Assembly (NCBI GenBank): GCA_963765495.1
Contig: CAVXWP010000006.1
Span: 96,001-160,000 of the forward strand
DNA from: Blastocatellia bacterium
Lineage (GTDB): Bacteria > Acidobacteriota > Blastocatellia > UBA7656
DNA: 64,000 bases
Direction: 5' to 3'
Below are positions 19,861-31,225 of the stretch, in pieces. Every line of letters begins with the position of its first letter. Position 1 is the first letter of the stretch. Below the pieces are notes generated by a model, which saw only the letters and a program-made list of their open reading frames with translations, searched no databases and was not told the DNA's origin. Position numbers and translations under genes: made by a program.

Positions 19861-20006
19861 CGCCCTATGCTCTATAATCGGCAAGTGATATCCTGATAGC
19901 CATTGATTGATACTTGTTCGGCTTTGACCTGAAAGAAATCGGGACGCTTAACAGACTTTCCGAACGGCGAAATGGTCGCTTTGGCCTGTTCGGGTCAGGA
20001 GAAGTT

Positions 20007-21101
20007 ATGTTGAGAAATCTTTACGCACATCAAATCCAGATCAATCGCGAAATACCCTGCCCGTTATTCTTAAAGAGAATCTCTTTGCGTCTCTTTATGG
20101 GGCTGATTTTCTGTTGGATGCTGACAGGGGGCCTGTGCGCGCAAGACATGCGGGAAGCGCACGAGACATCCGATACAAACAATGCCGTGATAGAGGGACG
20201 TGTGACGCTTCCTTCGGGATTTTCGGCTGATCGAAATGTCAGAATTACGCTGAGGAATTCGCAAAGCACACTCAATACTCTCTATAGCAATAAACACGGG
20301 GAGTTTCAGTTCAGCAATCTGGCTCAGGGTGTTTACTATGTAGAGGCGCAAGTGGATGACTCTGTTTTTGACCCGGTCATCGAAAAGATTACGCTTGGCC
20401 GTGGCATCGTGTGGGAGTTGACCCTGCAACTGCGTGAGAAAAAAATCTGGCGGACCCTGAATACCGGCCCAAGAGTGATTTCCGCAGCCGAGTTACATCA
20501 AAGCGTTCCGGCAAACGCCAAGAAGGAATATAGCGTGGCCGTAAAGCTCGTCGAGAAGGGCGAGATCCCACAGGCAGCCGCGCACTTCGAGCGGGCGCTT
20601 TCGATCTTTCCCGAATACCTTGCTGCGCGTAATGACCTCGGCGCTCAATACCTGAAGCTCAAACGGCTCGACGAGGCGGAACAGCATTTCCAAAGTGTGC
20701 TTGAACGCGACCCGAAAAACTTCAACGCGAAATTCAATCTTGGACTCGTCCGAATCGAACAGAAGAATTATGCGGACGCGGTTTCAAAATTGAACGAGGC
20801 TATTGCCATAGACAGTTCTCGGGCGGTTGCTTATCTGTGGCGAGGATTTGCATTGCTGGAAATGGGTGATCTGCAAAACGCGGAAAGCGAATTGTCGAAG
20901 TCGCTGATAATGGGTGGGAAGGATTGTGTGGCTGCGCATTATCATCTGGCGCGGATATATATGAACCGGGGAGATAACGACGAAGCAACTCGCGCGGTCC
21001 GAGCCTATCTAGAAGAATCCCCAAACGGCGAATATGAAAAAGAAGCCAGAGAATTGATGAAAAAGCTTGGAGGCGAACAAAAGCGCAAATCGAAAAAGTG
21101 A
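20007..21101 (+). CDS. Carboxypeptidase-regulatory-like domain + TPR protein
   Basis: IEGRV..GEFQF beta-sandwich then TPRs (ARNDLGAQY, AKFNLG, AHYHLA); start uncertain. Confidence 0.8.
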   Translation: MLRNLYAHQIQINREIPCPLFLKRISLRLFMGLIFCWMLTGGLCAQDMREAHETSDTNNAVIEGRVTLPSGFSADRNVRITLRNSQSTLNTLYSNKHGEFQFSNLAQGVYYVEAQVDDSVFDPVIEKITLGRGIVWELTLQLREKKIWRTLNTGPRVISAAELHQSVPANAKKEYSVAVKLVEKGEIPQAAAHFERALSIFPEYLAARNDLGAQYLKLKRLDEAEQHFQSVLERDPKNFNAKFNLGLVRIEQKNYADAVSKLNEAIAIDSSRAVAYLWRGFALLEMGDLQNAESELSKSLIMGGKDCVAAHYHLARIYMNRGDNDEATRAVRAYLEESPNGEYEKEARELMKKLGGEQKRKSKK

Positions 21102-21117
21102 TATTGACGCTCGCCCC

Positions 21118-23334
21118 TTACTGCTCCACTTTGAATGTGGTGGATCGGCTGACACTGTTTTTGCCGTCGCCTACCGTTATCTTCAATTCATAAGCGCCGG
21201 GCTGGAAGCTATCGAGCGGCAGGGAACTGGCATACTTTATGCGCCCCTGCTCGTCAACTGCCGGAAGATCGCCGATTGTCTGGCCCAGCCTGCGATTGTT
21301 CTGAAGTATTTCCACCTTAACCTTCATGGGAGTCGCCGAGCCTCTGGCAGGCCACGCCGTAAAGAAGAAGGCCAGTTGCTTTACCTCTGACTTGTGAACG
21401 GGCTCGCCCAGATTTGGATAAACGACAAGCTCGCCAAAATGAAACGGATGGTCTGTCTTCTGTTCTTCCTTTGATATTTGCTCCGCCCGCTTGAGCACCA
21501 CTATCGAGCTTAACCTCGGTTTTGTCTCATCAATGGATGGGACCGCAAGACTTATCGTATGCATACCGGCCTTGCCTGCCAATCCGTCGTAGGCAATAAA
21601 TTCGACCGTGTAATTGCCCGGCTGGAGTTCTATTTCGCGGTAAAAGAGAACCTCGCCTTTCTTTGCGGCTTCGAGTTTGTCGACCGGACCACTCAGGGGA
21701 TAATGCTGGCTGAGTTTTTGAACAACCTGACCCGTCTGGTCTTTAATCAGGGCGACGACGGAGAAATCCGCGTTATAGGTCTTCTTATCGCTGGCCTGTG
21801 TAAGCGTGAAAGTTGAGATCGGCGCTTCGGCAAGAAGGAGCGCGAGACCCGGTTTGTTTGTGGCCGGAAAACTGAGCGAAGCCCCGCGAAATGAGACAGA
21901 ATTCGAGCCCGACTTCACCTTACGCGCCGCGGCAAGGGCGGGCGCTTCGTAATCAAGTACGGGCAGTTCGCCGACCGATTCGACGGCGTAATAACCTTTG
22001 CGAGTCTGCGCTTCCAGGCTCGAGCGACTCAATTTCACCGCGATATGGCGGAAGCGACCGTCGTAGTCTTCATTCTTGGGAACATAGGTAACCAGATAAT
22101 AAGCGTGCATATCGCCGTCAATGCGGCGAACCCCGGCTGCCAGATCGTTTGTGTCATGAATGAGGAAGCCGCCCGTTTCATCGGCAAGCTGGCCGAGGCC
22201 GCTTCTGGGGTCGAGCTTGAGCAGGTCTTCGTTGCGTTCGAGAGCTTTAGTATAAGGTCCGGATGTTCCGCTGTCGTTGCCCCTGCTTACCTGTTGCATG
22301 CGGCGCGAGGCCAAAGAGTTGATCTCGCGAGCGGCTTCGGCGGTCCCGCTCTCTATACGAAGACCGGCCGAATCTATGGCATATATGCTGACGTTTGCCC
22401 GGTTGGCGGCGCTTATGACGGCCGGGAATTTTGCCTGGACCGATGATGGCAACGACAGCCCTTCCGAGAAAAAGATTATCGTTTTGCGTCCGGGAAGGTT
22501 TCGCATCGGGGTTATGACGGCAAGCAGGCTGTTGATAGTGGCAAACCCCTGCTGATCTCTTTCGAGCACTTCAAACTGCTCGCGCATGCGAGTCTCCATC
22601 TCGATAAAGGCTTGCTCGGCCGCAGCCTGTCCGCCTGCCGCGCCCGCGGCGGATGCGCCCGCAGCATCGCGGGCCGCGCCTGCCGCGCCTGCCGCGGATG
22701 CTTGAGATGATACTTCTTGGTCGAGCGCCGTGCTCCGATCAGATAATTCGCGAATCCTTGCATTGTTTGATGCATAGGTTGAAGTGCTTGTTGAAGTGGC
22801 TCGGTCCACCGCCTGCTTAACCAGCTCAGCATTGTCGGTATAAGATTGGAGGGTACGAAGCGATTGATCTATCAGAAAGACCCCCGTGAAATCGCCTGCC
22901 CCGATCCCCTCCTGAGCATAGGCAAGCCCCGCCTTTCGCGCTAGCGAGCGTGCATCCGGTGAGAGGCGGTCAAAGACCAGAGCCGTTACGCCCGGAGAGT
23001 AGGTGTCTCGCGACTTTGTAGTCTCTGTCGCCGGTTCTCTCCCTTCCGTATTACCTGCGGCCGGCGGTTCACGAAGCACCAGTCGAAACGATTCGATCTG
23101 CTGGCGGACCCCGTCCTCGAATATCTCAAAGTCGGAGGCTGTCAGGTCCTTTACCATGCGGCCTTTCTTATCTTTGACAACCACATCAAGGGCTACTTCG
23201 GTCGTTCCAACACGAATCACCTGTTCGCCCTGAGATTGACCCTGAGATTGGCTGGATGGATTCTGGCCTCTAATCGAGCTGTAAGATGAAAGGCTCAAAA
23301 CGATTATTAAAGCGGAGTTCACGAGGGTTTTCAT
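21118..23334 (-). CDS. Acidobacterial VWA domain protein
   Basis: LDVVVKDKKGRMVKDLTASDFEIFEDG, GRKTIIFFSEG, LADETGG, YLVTYVP motifs. Confidence 0.88.
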   Translation of the reverse strand: MKTLVNSALIIVLSLSSYSSIRGQNPSSQSQGQSQGEQVIRVGTTEVALDVVVKDKKGRMVKDLTASDFEIFEDGVRQQIESFRLVLREPPAAGNTEGREPATETTKSRDTYSPGVTALVFDRLSPDARSLARKAGLAYAQEGIGAGDFTGVFLIDQSLRTLQSYTDNAELVKQAVDRATSTSTSTYASNNARIRELSDRSTALDQEVSSQASAAGAAGAARDAAGASAAGAAGGQAAAEQAFIEMETRMREQFEVLERDQQGFATINSLLAVITPMRNLPGRKTIIFFSEGLSLPSSVQAKFPAVISAANRANVSIYAIDSAGLRIESGTAEAAREINSLASRRMQQVSRGNDSGTSGPYTKALERNEDLLKLDPRSGLGQLADETGGFLIHDTNDLAAGVRRIDGDMHAYYLVTYVPKNEDYDGRFRHIAVKLSRSSLEAQTRKGYYAVESVGELPVLDYEAPALAAARKVKSGSNSVSFRGASLSFPATNKPGLALLLAEAPISTFTLTQASDKKTYNADFSVVALIKDQTGQVVQKLSQHYPLSGPVDKLEAAKKGEVLFYREIELQPGNYTVEFIAYDGLAGKAGMHTISLAVPSIDETKPRLSSIVVLKRAEQISKEEQKTDHPFHFGELVVYPNLGEPVHKSEVKQLAFFFTAWPARGSATPMKVKVEILQNNRRLGQTIGDLPAVDEQGRIKYASSLPLDSFQPGAYELKITVGDGKNSVSRSTTFKVEQ

Positions 23335-23440
23335 TGTGCGGTCTCCCGGGAAAAAATTGCAGAGATAAGTATAATCCGCTCCAACAATAAAGACCAGTCA
23401 TAAGAGTTCACAACAGCCAAAAAATCGCCACGGAAAGCCC

Positions 23441-23611
23441 GGGATCATTCAGTTTTCAGTGTGGCCTGCCGAGATGGCAGGGAATCAGTGATTGCCTCGT
23501 GAAAAATCCTGAAGTACTTTGCGCCTCTGAGCCTTTGCATGAATCTATTTCTCGCGATCACGCAAGGTGCGCAGAGCACGCAAAGATTTTCCTGAGAATT
23601 AAATGAACCTG
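23441..23611. repeat. Degenerate MITE-like element enclosing a CGCAAAG palindrome
   Basis: GGGATCATTCAGTTTTCAG vs CTGAGAATTAAATGAACCT imperfect inverted ends (14/19); inner CTTTGCG...CGCAAAG. Confidence 0.4.
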
Positions 23612-23718
23612 GCTCTCGGCCGTTGCGGACAGTTTCTTGTGGATGCGTAACCTGGAAATCAGAGGTGATATGTTGTATACTTTCGGCAAGTTTTTCGAAT
23701 CAGGCTGGTTAGCAGTAA

Positions 23719-24978
23719 ATGGCAAAAAAGAAATTACAAGGGCAGCTAGTGAAAGCGATAATTTCGCTACTTGCCTTCTTGATTCTGGTCCCTACAGTTT
23801 TTGCTCAAGGAGGCTCGGTTGATGCTGATCGCGCATTTGCCCGCGCGATACAATTGCACCAGTCTGGCGATATAGAAGGGGCTATACGCGAATATAAGTC
23901 AATCCTCGATTCTTATCCGGCCAGGGTAGATGTCCGGTCAAATCTGGGTGCTGCCTATTCGCGGCTGGGGCGCTACGAGGATGCAATCGAGCAATACAAA
24001 AGGGCGCTCACGCTCGACCCTCGCAATCAAACTATTCGATTCAATCTCGCTCTGGCGTATTACAAGGCGGCCCTGTTTGTTGAGGCGGCAGGCGAATTTG
24101 ACCAGTTTCTAGCCGCGACGCCGGAAGACGTTTCTCAGAAACAGAGCGCGCTTCTGCTTCTGGCTGATTGTCAGGTGCGGCTTGGCGAATACAAAAAAGT
24201 CATCGAAGAACTGACACCAATCGCAGAGGCTGATACTAATAACCGCACAGTTGCCTATCTGCTGGGCAGCGCCCTTGTCGGCGAGGGTCAGGTCAAGAAC
24301 GGTCAAATATTGATCGACAGGGTCTTTCGCGATGAAGATTCTGCCGAAGCCCATCTGTTGATCGGATCAATTCTGTTGCTGGCAGACGATGGGCAGGGGG
24401 CGATAAAGGAACTTGAACGTGCAATCGAATTGAATCCCAAACTGCCGTCTCTGCATTCCTGTTACGGGCGCGCGTTAATGCGGATGGGAGACCCTGAGAA
24501 GGCAAAGCGCGTCTTCAAAATCGAACTGACCGATAACCCGAACGACTTCGACGCTAACCTCTATATGGGTATACTGCTCAAGCGGGACAGGATGCTTGAT
24601 GAAGCCCTTGGTTATCTATTGCGGGCAACCCATTTGCGTCCGCGCGATTCGTATGCGCGCTATCACCTGGGCGCGGTTTATGCTTCTCAAGGGAAGCCGG
24701 AAGAAGCCCTGCCGTTGCTTGAAGCCGTGGTTAAAGAGTATCCCGATTTTGTCGAAGCCCACGTGCTGCTGGCATCGGTCTATTACCGGCTCAACCGAAA
24801 AGAAGACGGCAACCGCGAGCGGGCGGTCATTCAAAAACTGAACACCGAACAACAGGCCAAACAGCCGGGCGTTCAGGATGGTACCAATCAGGCTGACCCG
24901 GCCAGGCCGGTTACCAGTCCACCGGGCAATCCGGGTCAGAGGCAGGATCAAAGGCGAGATCAGAGGGAGGAGAGGTAA
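23719..24978 (+). CDS. Exported TPR repeat protein
   Basis: Signal peptide, many TPRs (VRSNLGAAY, IRFNLALAY, ARYHLG). Confidence 0.88.
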   Translation: MAKKKLQGQLVKAIISLLAFLILVPTVFAQGGSVDADRAFARAIQLHQSGDIEGAIREYKSILDSYPARVDVRSNLGAAYSRLGRYEDAIEQYKRALTLDPRNQTIRFNLALAYYKAALFVEAAGEFDQFLAATPEDVSQKQSALLLLADCQVRLGEYKKVIEELTPIAEADTNNRTVAYLLGSALVGEGQVKNGQILIDRVFRDEDSAEAHLLIGSILLLADDGQGAIKELERAIELNPKLPSLHSCYGRALMRMGDPEKAKRVFKIELTDNPNDFDANLYMGILLKRDRMLDEALGYLLRATHLRPRDSYARYHLGAVYASQGKPEEALPLLEAVVKEYPDFVEAHVLLASVYYRLNRKEDGNRERAVIQKLNTEQQAKQPGVQDGTNQADPARPVTSPPGNPGQRQDQRRDQREER

Positions 24979-24988
24979 CAGGTTTTAC

Positions 24989-26233
24989 GTGAATATCTTA
25001 AATTTCAAAGCGCGAGTATGGATTCTTCTGATAGCGGCGCTCCTGTCTGCCTCGGCGGCAGGGGCAAATGCTCAATCCAGATCTCGATCAAAGACAAAGC
25101 AAGCGCCCGCAAAAGCGCAAACCGCCCAGCAAACGGCTCAGGCCAGGGCCGAATTTGAACAGGCCGTCAAGCTCGGCGATGAAGCCCGTGGAGCCAGACG
25201 CCTCGGCGAAGCCTTCGATTATTATGGAAAGGCATTGCAAATTCGCCCGGATTGGGCCGAGGGCTGGTGGAATATCGGGGCGATCCTTTACGAAGGTGAT
25301 CGCTACGAAGAGGCGCGCGACGCTTTTCGAAATCTTGTATCGCTTGATCAGAAGCGGGGTCCGGGATGGGCTATGCTCGGGTTGTGCGAGTTTCAGACAC
25401 GCGATTATGAGAGGGCGGTTGTCTCTATGCAGCGCGGGCGGGCGCTTGGCTTGGGCGGCAACCTCGAGCTTGAATCAGTAGTCCGCTATCACACGGCGCT
25501 ACTTTACATCCGCTTCGAGCAATTCGAAATAGCCTACGATATTCTGAGCGAGTTTCTGCGTTACGGCAATGACAGCCCGAAAGTGATCGAGGCGTTCGGA
25601 TTGACTATGCTAAGGATGCCGTTTCTTCCCGCTGAGGTCCCGCCCGACCGGCGTGAGCAAATTCTGCTTGCGGGGCGAGCCGGATATAACATGGCCGCCC
25701 ATCGCGTGGACGAATCGCGCGCCGCCTTTGATATGCTGCTTGAGCGTTATCCGAATGAGCCAAATGTTCATTACGCGTTTGGTGTGTTCCTGCTTAATCA
25801 GGATGCCGATGCCGCGCTCAAAGAGTTTAAACGCGAACTGGAGATTTCGCCCTCACATCAGCCCGCGATGGTGCAAATGGCCTTCGAATACCTCAAACGC
25901 GATGAATACAACGAGGCGCTGCCCCTGGCGGAAAAGGCTGTGCAGCTTTCACCCAAGATGTTTCCCGCGCGAAATGTGCTTGGCCGCGTACTGCTGGAGC
26001 TGGGTCAGTTGGATCGGGCGATAAAGGAGCTTGAGGAAGGCGTGCGGCTCGCGCCGACAAGCCCGGAAATGCATTTCGCGCTTGCGCGAGCATACACCCG
26101 CGCGGGCCGGAGCAAAGATGCCCAGCGCGAACGCGAGACCTTCAAGCAATTACAAGCGGAGTATGAAGCTCGTCGTAACGCTCAGTTGCCCGGCAATGCG
26201 GCCGATAACAACCCGTCAAAGTCAAAACCTTGA
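24989..26233 (+). CDS. Exported TPR repeat protein
   Basis: GTG start after GGAGGAGAGG; signal peptide; TPRs (EGWWNIG, PNVHYAFG, EMHFALARAY). Confidence 0.85.
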   Translation: MNILNFKARVWILLIAALLSASAAGANAQSRSRSKTKQAPAKAQTAQQTAQARAEFEQAVKLGDEARGARRLGEAFDYYGKALQIRPDWAEGWWNIGAILYEGDRYEEARDAFRNLVSLDQKRGPGWAMLGLCEFQTRDYERAVVSMQRGRALGLGGNLELESVVRYHTALLYIRFEQFEIAYDILSEFLRYGNDSPKVIEAFGLTMLRMPFLPAEVPPDRREQILLAGRAGYNMAAHRVDESRAAFDMLLERYPNEPNVHYAFGVFLLNQDADAALKEFKRELEISPSHQPAMVQMAFEYLKRDEYNEALPLAEKAVQLSPKMFPARNVLGRVLLELGQLDRAIKELEEGVRLAPTSPEMHFALARAYTRAGRSKDAQRERETFKQLQAEYEARRNAQLPGNAADNNPSKSKP

Positions 26234-26310
26234 TTTTTCGAGCGCGGAATCTGCCTCTCTGATTAATGTATAGTGGTTCGGCTCGATACAGCATACCCGG
26301 ATATTCAAAG

Positions 26311-27474
26311 ATGTTTAGTCATAATGTCAGAAAAAATACCTTGAGCCTGGTGGTTTCGATTATTTACCTTATGATCTTTGGAGTTGCCTCCTGGGCATCT
26401 TCGAGCATCTTCACTCAAAAGAATTTTGCCGACCGGTGGCACCCGAGAAAGGCACCGGCAGGGACCGAATTCGTAGGCGATCAGACCTGCGCAGGGTGCC
26501 ACAAAAGCAAGGTGGATTCTCTGGCAAAAAGCGGGATGGGGAGGGCTATGGAGCCTATGGTCAGTTCCATTGTGCTGACCGAAAACCCAAAAATGACATT
26601 TCAATCCGGTCCTTATTCCTTCGAGATCAGGCGCAAGGACAAGCAGAGCATTTATACGGTCACAGACGGGAAGGAAACGATCTCGGTCCCGATTCTCTAT
26701 GCGTTGGGACAGGGCAAGGCCGGGCAGACATACATTCTGCGATACGAGGATGCGTTTTATGAAAGCCGCGTGAGTTATTACAAAGAGATTAGCGGGCTGG
26801 ATTTCACAATCGGTTCGCCCCGTGTGGTTCCTGCCTCGCTTGAGAAGGCGCTTGGCAGACGCCTCTCAGACAGCGAGGCGCGAAGTTGCTTCAGTTGCCA
26901 TTCAACGGGCGGCATAAACGGCGGGCAGATTGATCTGGGGAAGATGGCTCTGGGCGTCCGGTGCGAGGCATGTCACGGTCCGGGAGGGCGTCACGTGGCG
27001 GCGAACATGGCCGGAGAGCCGAGCGCCAATCTTATCTTCAACCCCGGGCGTCTGAGCGGCGATGAACTGAGTCAGGACTTTTGCGCCTCCTGCCACCGGG
27101 GCAACGATGAGTTCAGCATCCTCAAGAGCATGGAGGTCAACAATGTTCGGTTTCAGCCTTACCGTATCTTCCACAGCAAATGTTACTCGGACGACCGCAG
27201 GATAAGCTGTACGGCCTGTCATGATCCTCACGAACCGATCAGGCAGGACGTAGCCTTTTATGACGCAAAGTGCACGGCCTGTCATCAGTTGAAAGACAAG
27301 TCGTTGCAGGCGGGCACAAAACAGGGAGATCAGAATATGCTGGCTGCCTGTTCGGTGAGTACGAAGGACTGCGTTTCTTGTCATATGCCAAAACTGGGAC
27401 CACCCGCGGCGCACTTCAAGTTTACGGACCACTACATTCGCATTGTAAAATCCAGCGAGTCATACCCAAATTGA
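26311..27474 (+). CDS. Multiheme cytochrome c (7 CXXCH; c554-like)
   Basis: CAGCH, CFSCH, CEACH, CASCH, CTACH, CTACH, CVSCH; N-terminal signal/TM; TDHYI end. Confidence 0.9.
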   Translation: MFSHNVRKNTLSLVVSIIYLMIFGVASWASSSIFTQKNFADRWHPRKAPAGTEFVGDQTCAGCHKSKVDSLAKSGMGRAMEPMVSSIVLTENPKMTFQSGPYSFEIRRKDKQSIYTVTDGKETISVPILYALGQGKAGQTYILRYEDAFYESRVSYYKEISGLDFTIGSPRVVPASLEKALGRRLSDSEARSCFSCHSTGGINGGQIDLGKMALGVRCEACHGPGGRHVAANMAGEPSANLIFNPGRLSGDELSQDFCASCHRGNDEFSILKSMEVNNVRFQPYRIFHSKCYSDDRRISCTACHDPHEPIRQDVAFYDAKCTACHQLKDKSLQAGTKQGDQNMLAACSVSTKDCVSCHMPKLGPPAAHFKFTDHYIRIVKSSESYPN

Positions 27475-27518
27475 TTGCTGAGAGGTTGAGCGGATTGTGG
27501 TTGGAGGGTCAATAGAGA

Positions 27519-29279
27519 ATGCGATATTTTTGCCTGTTTATCATTTTAACGATCACGGTTGCTGTAACTCCTCTTAGCTCGCGTGGACAGGAGCCCGCTG
27601 CTTCAAAAGGGGCCGTCTCAAAGGAGGCTGTCTCAAAGGAGGCTGTCTCAAAAGAGGCTGCTCCGGCAAAGACGCCGGTTATCTTCGAAGAGGTTCCTTC
27701 CTCCGTGAGTAAAATTACCTGGGCTCATGATAACGGGCGCTCCGATCTGCGTCATCTGCCTGAAACCTGCGGCGGGGGCGGTCTGTTCTTTGATTTCGAC
27801 AACGACGGATGGCTGGATATCTATTTCGTCAATAGCGGCCCGTCGGATTTCTTTACGCCGAAGAAACCGCTCAAGAATGCGCTTTATCGCAATAATCGTG
27901 ACGGCACATTTACCGATGTCACGGATAAGGCCGGGGTGGCCTGCGGGCAGATGGGCCATTTTGGGATGGGAGCGGCGGCAGGCGACTATGACGGCGACGG
28001 CTGGATGGATTTATACGTCACAAATTATGGCCACAACGTGCTGTTTCACAATAACGGGAACGGCACATTTACCGATGTCACGGATAAGGCCGGAGTCGCC
28101 GCGCCAGACTGGGCTACCTGCGCGACGTGGTTCGATTACGATAACGACGGCAAGCTTGACCTGTTTGTGTCGAGCTTTGTGCAATACAGCGGGACAGGCA
28201 CGGTCTTTTGCGGCGACAATCGCATAGGCCGCCGCTATTACTGTGTGCCGCGCATATTTAAGCCGCGCCCCAGTTATCTCTTTCACAATGACGGCAACGG
28301 CAAATTCACCGATGTGAGCAAAGATTCGGGCATAGCCAACTCGCTCGGAAAATCCTTTGGCGCGATAGCGACCGACATCAACAACGACGGGTTGATGGAT
28401 CTGTTTGTGGCAAATGATACGGTTGCAAATTTTCTTTTCCTGAACAAAGGCAAGGGCAAGTTTGAAGAGATCGGGCTTGCTGCGGGCGTGGCTTATAGCG
28501 AGTCGGGCAGCCCGCGCTCGGGCATGGGCGTAGACTCAGCCGACTATGACGGCGACGGCTGGCAGGACCTGTTTGTGGCCAACATTGATCAGGAGCTCTT
28601 CAGTCTTTATCAAAACCAGAAAGACAAATCATTTCTTGATAAGCCGGGTGAGATCGGGCAGGCCACTCGGTTTCTGAGCGGCTGGGGGCTGAAGTTCTTT
28701 GATTATGACAATGACGGCGACCCCGATTTGATACTGGCCAACGGGCATCCCGATGATATGGTCGAGACGCAATCGCTGAAGGTGAAATACAAAGAGCCTC
28801 TGGTGATGTTTGAAAACGTGGGCGGCAAATTTAAGGACGTGACGGCCGAATCGGGCGCGGTTTTCAAGAAAGACTTTTCGGCGCGCGGGCTTTCAGTGGG
28901 CGATTACGACAATGACGGCGATCTCGATGTTCTTATCATCAACAACGGCGAACCACCTGTCCTGCTGAAGAATCAGGGCGGGAACCGCAACAACTGGGTA
29001 GGTCTTCAGCTTATCGCCACAGTAAGCAATCCGGGGGCTGTGGGCGCGATAATTACCTGGCAGGCCGGGGGCGTAAAGCGGAGCCGGTTGAAGACCAGCG
29101 GCGGCAGCTATCTTTCATCGCACGACCCGCGCGAAATTCTGGGGCTTGGCAATGCTACGAAACTCGACTGGGTCGAAATCAAATGGCCTGCCCCGAGCGG
29201 CAAAGTCGAAAGATACACGGATGTGCCTGTTGGCGCCTACACCACGATAGTCGAAGGCAAAGGGGTAGTGAAGGATTAA
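27519..29279 (+). CDS. CRTAC1-family FG-GAP/ASPIC-UnbV protein
   Basis: Repeated DFDNDGWLD / DYDGDG motifs, FTDVTDKAG repeats, C-terminal [18 protein letters not shown]. Confidence 0.92.
   Translation: MRYFCLFIILTITVAVTPLSSRGQEPAASKGAVSKEAVSKEAVSKEAAPAKTPVIFEEVPSSVSKITWAHDNGRSDLRHLPETCGGGGLFFDFDNDGWLDIYFVNSGPSDFFTPKKPLKNALYRNNRDGTFTDVTDKAGVACGQMGHFGMGAAAGDYDGDGWMDLYVTNYGHNVLFHNNGNGTFTDVTDKAGVAAPDWATCATWFDYDNDGKLDLFVSSFVQYSGTGTVFCGDNRIGRRYYCVPRIFKPRPSYLFHNDGNGKFTDVSKDSGIANSLGKSFGAIATDINNDGLMDLFVANDTVANFLFLNKGKGKFEEIGLAAGVAYSESGSPRSGMGVDSADYDGDGWQDLFVANIDQELFSLYQNQKDKSFLDKPGEIGQATRFLSGWGLKFFDYDNDGDPDLILANGHPDDMVETQSLKVKYKEPLVMFENVGGKFKDVTAESGAVFKKDFSARGLSVGDYDNDGDLDVLIINNGEPPVLLKNQGGNRNNWVGLQLIATVSNPGAVGAIITWQAGGVKRSRLKTSGGSYLSSHDPREILGLGNATKLDWVEIKWPAPSGKVERYTDVPVGAYTTIVEGKGVVKD
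27603..27662 (+). repeat. 15-bp in-frame tandem repeat (SKEAV x4) in linker
   Basis: TCAAAAGGGGCCGTC TCAAAGGAGGCTGTC TCAAAGGAGGCTGTC TCAAAAGAGGCTGCT. Confidence 0.85.
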
Positions 29280-29382
29280 AGGCGAAGGATTAGAGTCGAA
29301 CCCTGATCGAGTGTAAGGGCTATTGTCTTCGCTCCTTAGCAGATCGGAAAAAGGTTCGTTGAGCAGTTACGCGGCAACACTC

Positions 29383-29424
29383 ATCTGAGATTTGAGATTT
29401 GAGATCTGAGATTTCAAATCTCAG
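29383..29424. repeat. Heptamer repeat, TTTGAGA family
   Basis: ATCTGAGATTTGAGATTTGAGATCTGAGATTTCAAATCTCAG; second copy at 33582. Confidence 0.75.
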
Positions 29425-29481
29425 GACATCTGTCTTCTTAAAATCCGTATTGTTAAAAATCCTTTTGGGAGAGGGAAATCT

Positions 29482-31191
29482 ATGTCCAGACAGGTAATTT
29501 ATGACGCCGTAGTTGTAGGATCGGGCGCGACGGGCGGCTGGGCCGCAAAGGTGCTGACCGAAAAAGGGCTGAAGGTAGCTGTGGTAGAAGCGGGACGCAA
29601 GCTTGATCCCATGAAGGATTACACCGAGCACACCTGGCCTTATGAGTTGAAGTTTCGCGGTTTCGGCGACCTGCGCGATCTGGAGCGGACCCAGCCCATT
29701 CAAAGCAAGTGTTATGCGTGCAACGAGTATGGCCGTCAGTTTTTTGTAAACGATCTTGAAAACCCATACACGACTCCGCCCGACAAGCCGTTTTACTGGA
29801 TAAGGTCGCGCCAGGTCGGAGGCCGCTCTATCCCCTGGGGACGGCAAACCTACCGGCTTTCGAACTATGATTTTAAGGCGAAAACACACGACGGGTACGG
29901 CGATGACTGGCCGATCTCTTACGAAGAGATCGCGCCTTACTACGATAAGGTCGAAGAGTTCATAGGCATAAGCGGCTCCTACGAAAACCTGCCCCAACTT
30001 CCCGACAGCCGGTTTCTGCCCGCGATGAATCTCACCTGCGGCGAGCAGATTCTAAAGAAGGCCGTCGATAAACTTGGCGACCCTCTGCGCCGCGTCATCA
30101 TAGGCCGTTGCGCGATACTCACGAAACCGATTCATCAGGGCACACCCGATGCCCGCGCCGCCTGCCACTGGTGCGGGCATTGCGATAGAGGCTGCACGAC
30201 CCGCTCTTATTACAGCAGCCCGGCATCTACTCTGCCTGCCGCCGAGCGTACGGGCAGGATGACGCTCATTACAAACGCCGTTGTGAGCAATATCATAGTC
30301 GATAAAGACACCGGCAAGGCGACGGGCGTGCATTATGTGGATTCCGTCACGCGAAATCATCGCGAAGTACTCGGCAAAATAGTTGTGCTCTGCGCCGGGA
30401 CGCTTGAATCAACGCGCATATTGCTCAACTCGACTTCTTCGCTTTATCCCGGCGGCATAGCAAACGGCTCGGGCGTCGTCGGGCATTATCTTATGGATCA
30501 CGTAGGGGGCGGCGGGGCGAGCGGCAGCCTGCCCATGCTCGACAGTAAAAATATGGAGCCGGATGGCCGCGCAAACGGCATTTACATAGCGCGTTTCCGC
30601 AACCTTAAAACAGAGCACGGACGGTTTATTCGCGGCTACGGCTTTCAAGGCGGGGCGGGGCAATCTCTGTGGGAGCATAGTAAATATGCGCCGGGATTCG
30701 GCTCTCAGTTTAAGAAAACCGTGAGAGAAAATCATCCGTGGGGCATCGGCATCGGAGGCTTTGGCGAATGCCTCGCGCGATACGAAAATCACGTTCGTCT
30801 CGACAAAGACGTTGTAGACGCATGGGGAATCCCGGTTCTTCACATCGAGGCGTCATTCGGAGACAACGAGCGCGAGATGGTCAAAGACATGGGCGACACG
30901 GCAGCGGAAATGCTGCACGCTGCCGGGGTGCAGAATGTTCAGGTGAGCCACGGGCCTATTTCCACGCCCGGTATACTCATACACGAGGTAGGCACGGCGC
31001 GCATGGGCAGCGATCCGAAGACCTCTGTGCTCAACAAATTCAATCAGGCTCACGAGGTTAAGAACCTCTTCGTCACCGATGGCGCGTCTTATGTCTCAAG
31101 CGGCAATCAGAATCCTACGCTGACGATGATGGCGCTCACGGCACGCGCATGTGATTACATGGCGGAAGAATATCGCGCGGGCCGATTGTGA
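29482..31191 (+). CDS. GMC family FAD oxidoreductase, paralog of 4296-6005
   Basis: [36 protein letters not shown]; same 569-aa length. Confidence 0.93.
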   Translation: MSRQVIYDAVVVGSGATGGWAAKVLTEKGLKVAVVEAGRKLDPMKDYTEHTWPYELKFRGFGDLRDLERTQPIQSKCYACNEYGRQFFVNDLENPYTTPPDKPFYWIRSRQVGGRSIPWGRQTYRLSNYDFKAKTHDGYGDDWPISYEEIAPYYDKVEEFIGISGSYENLPQLPDSRFLPAMNLTCGEQILKKAVDKLGDPLRRVIIGRCAILTKPIHQGTPDARAACHWCGHCDRGCTTRSYYSSPASTLPAAERTGRMTLITNAVVSNIIVDKDTGKATGVHYVDSVTRNHREVLGKIVVLCAGTLESTRILLNSTSSLYPGGIANGSGVVGHYLMDHVGGGGASGSLPMLDSKNMEPDGRANGIYIARFRNLKTEHGRFIRGYGFQGGAGQSLWEHSKYAPGFGSQFKKTVRENHPWGIGIGGFGECLARYENHVRLDKDVVDAWGIPVLHIEASFGDNEREMVKDMGDTAAEMLHAAGVQNVQVSHGPISTPGILIHEVGTARMGSDPKTSVLNKFNQAHEVKNLFVTDGASYVSSGNQNPTLTMMALTARACDYMAEEYRAGRL

Positions 31192-31225
31192 AGGCTTTAG
31201 ATTATTAAAGCTTAGGGGGAAGAGC

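Noticed and set aside
24878-24988. 100-bp overlap between TPR genes
   Set aside because: A downstream GTG at 24989 with an RBS and signal peptide removes the overlap.
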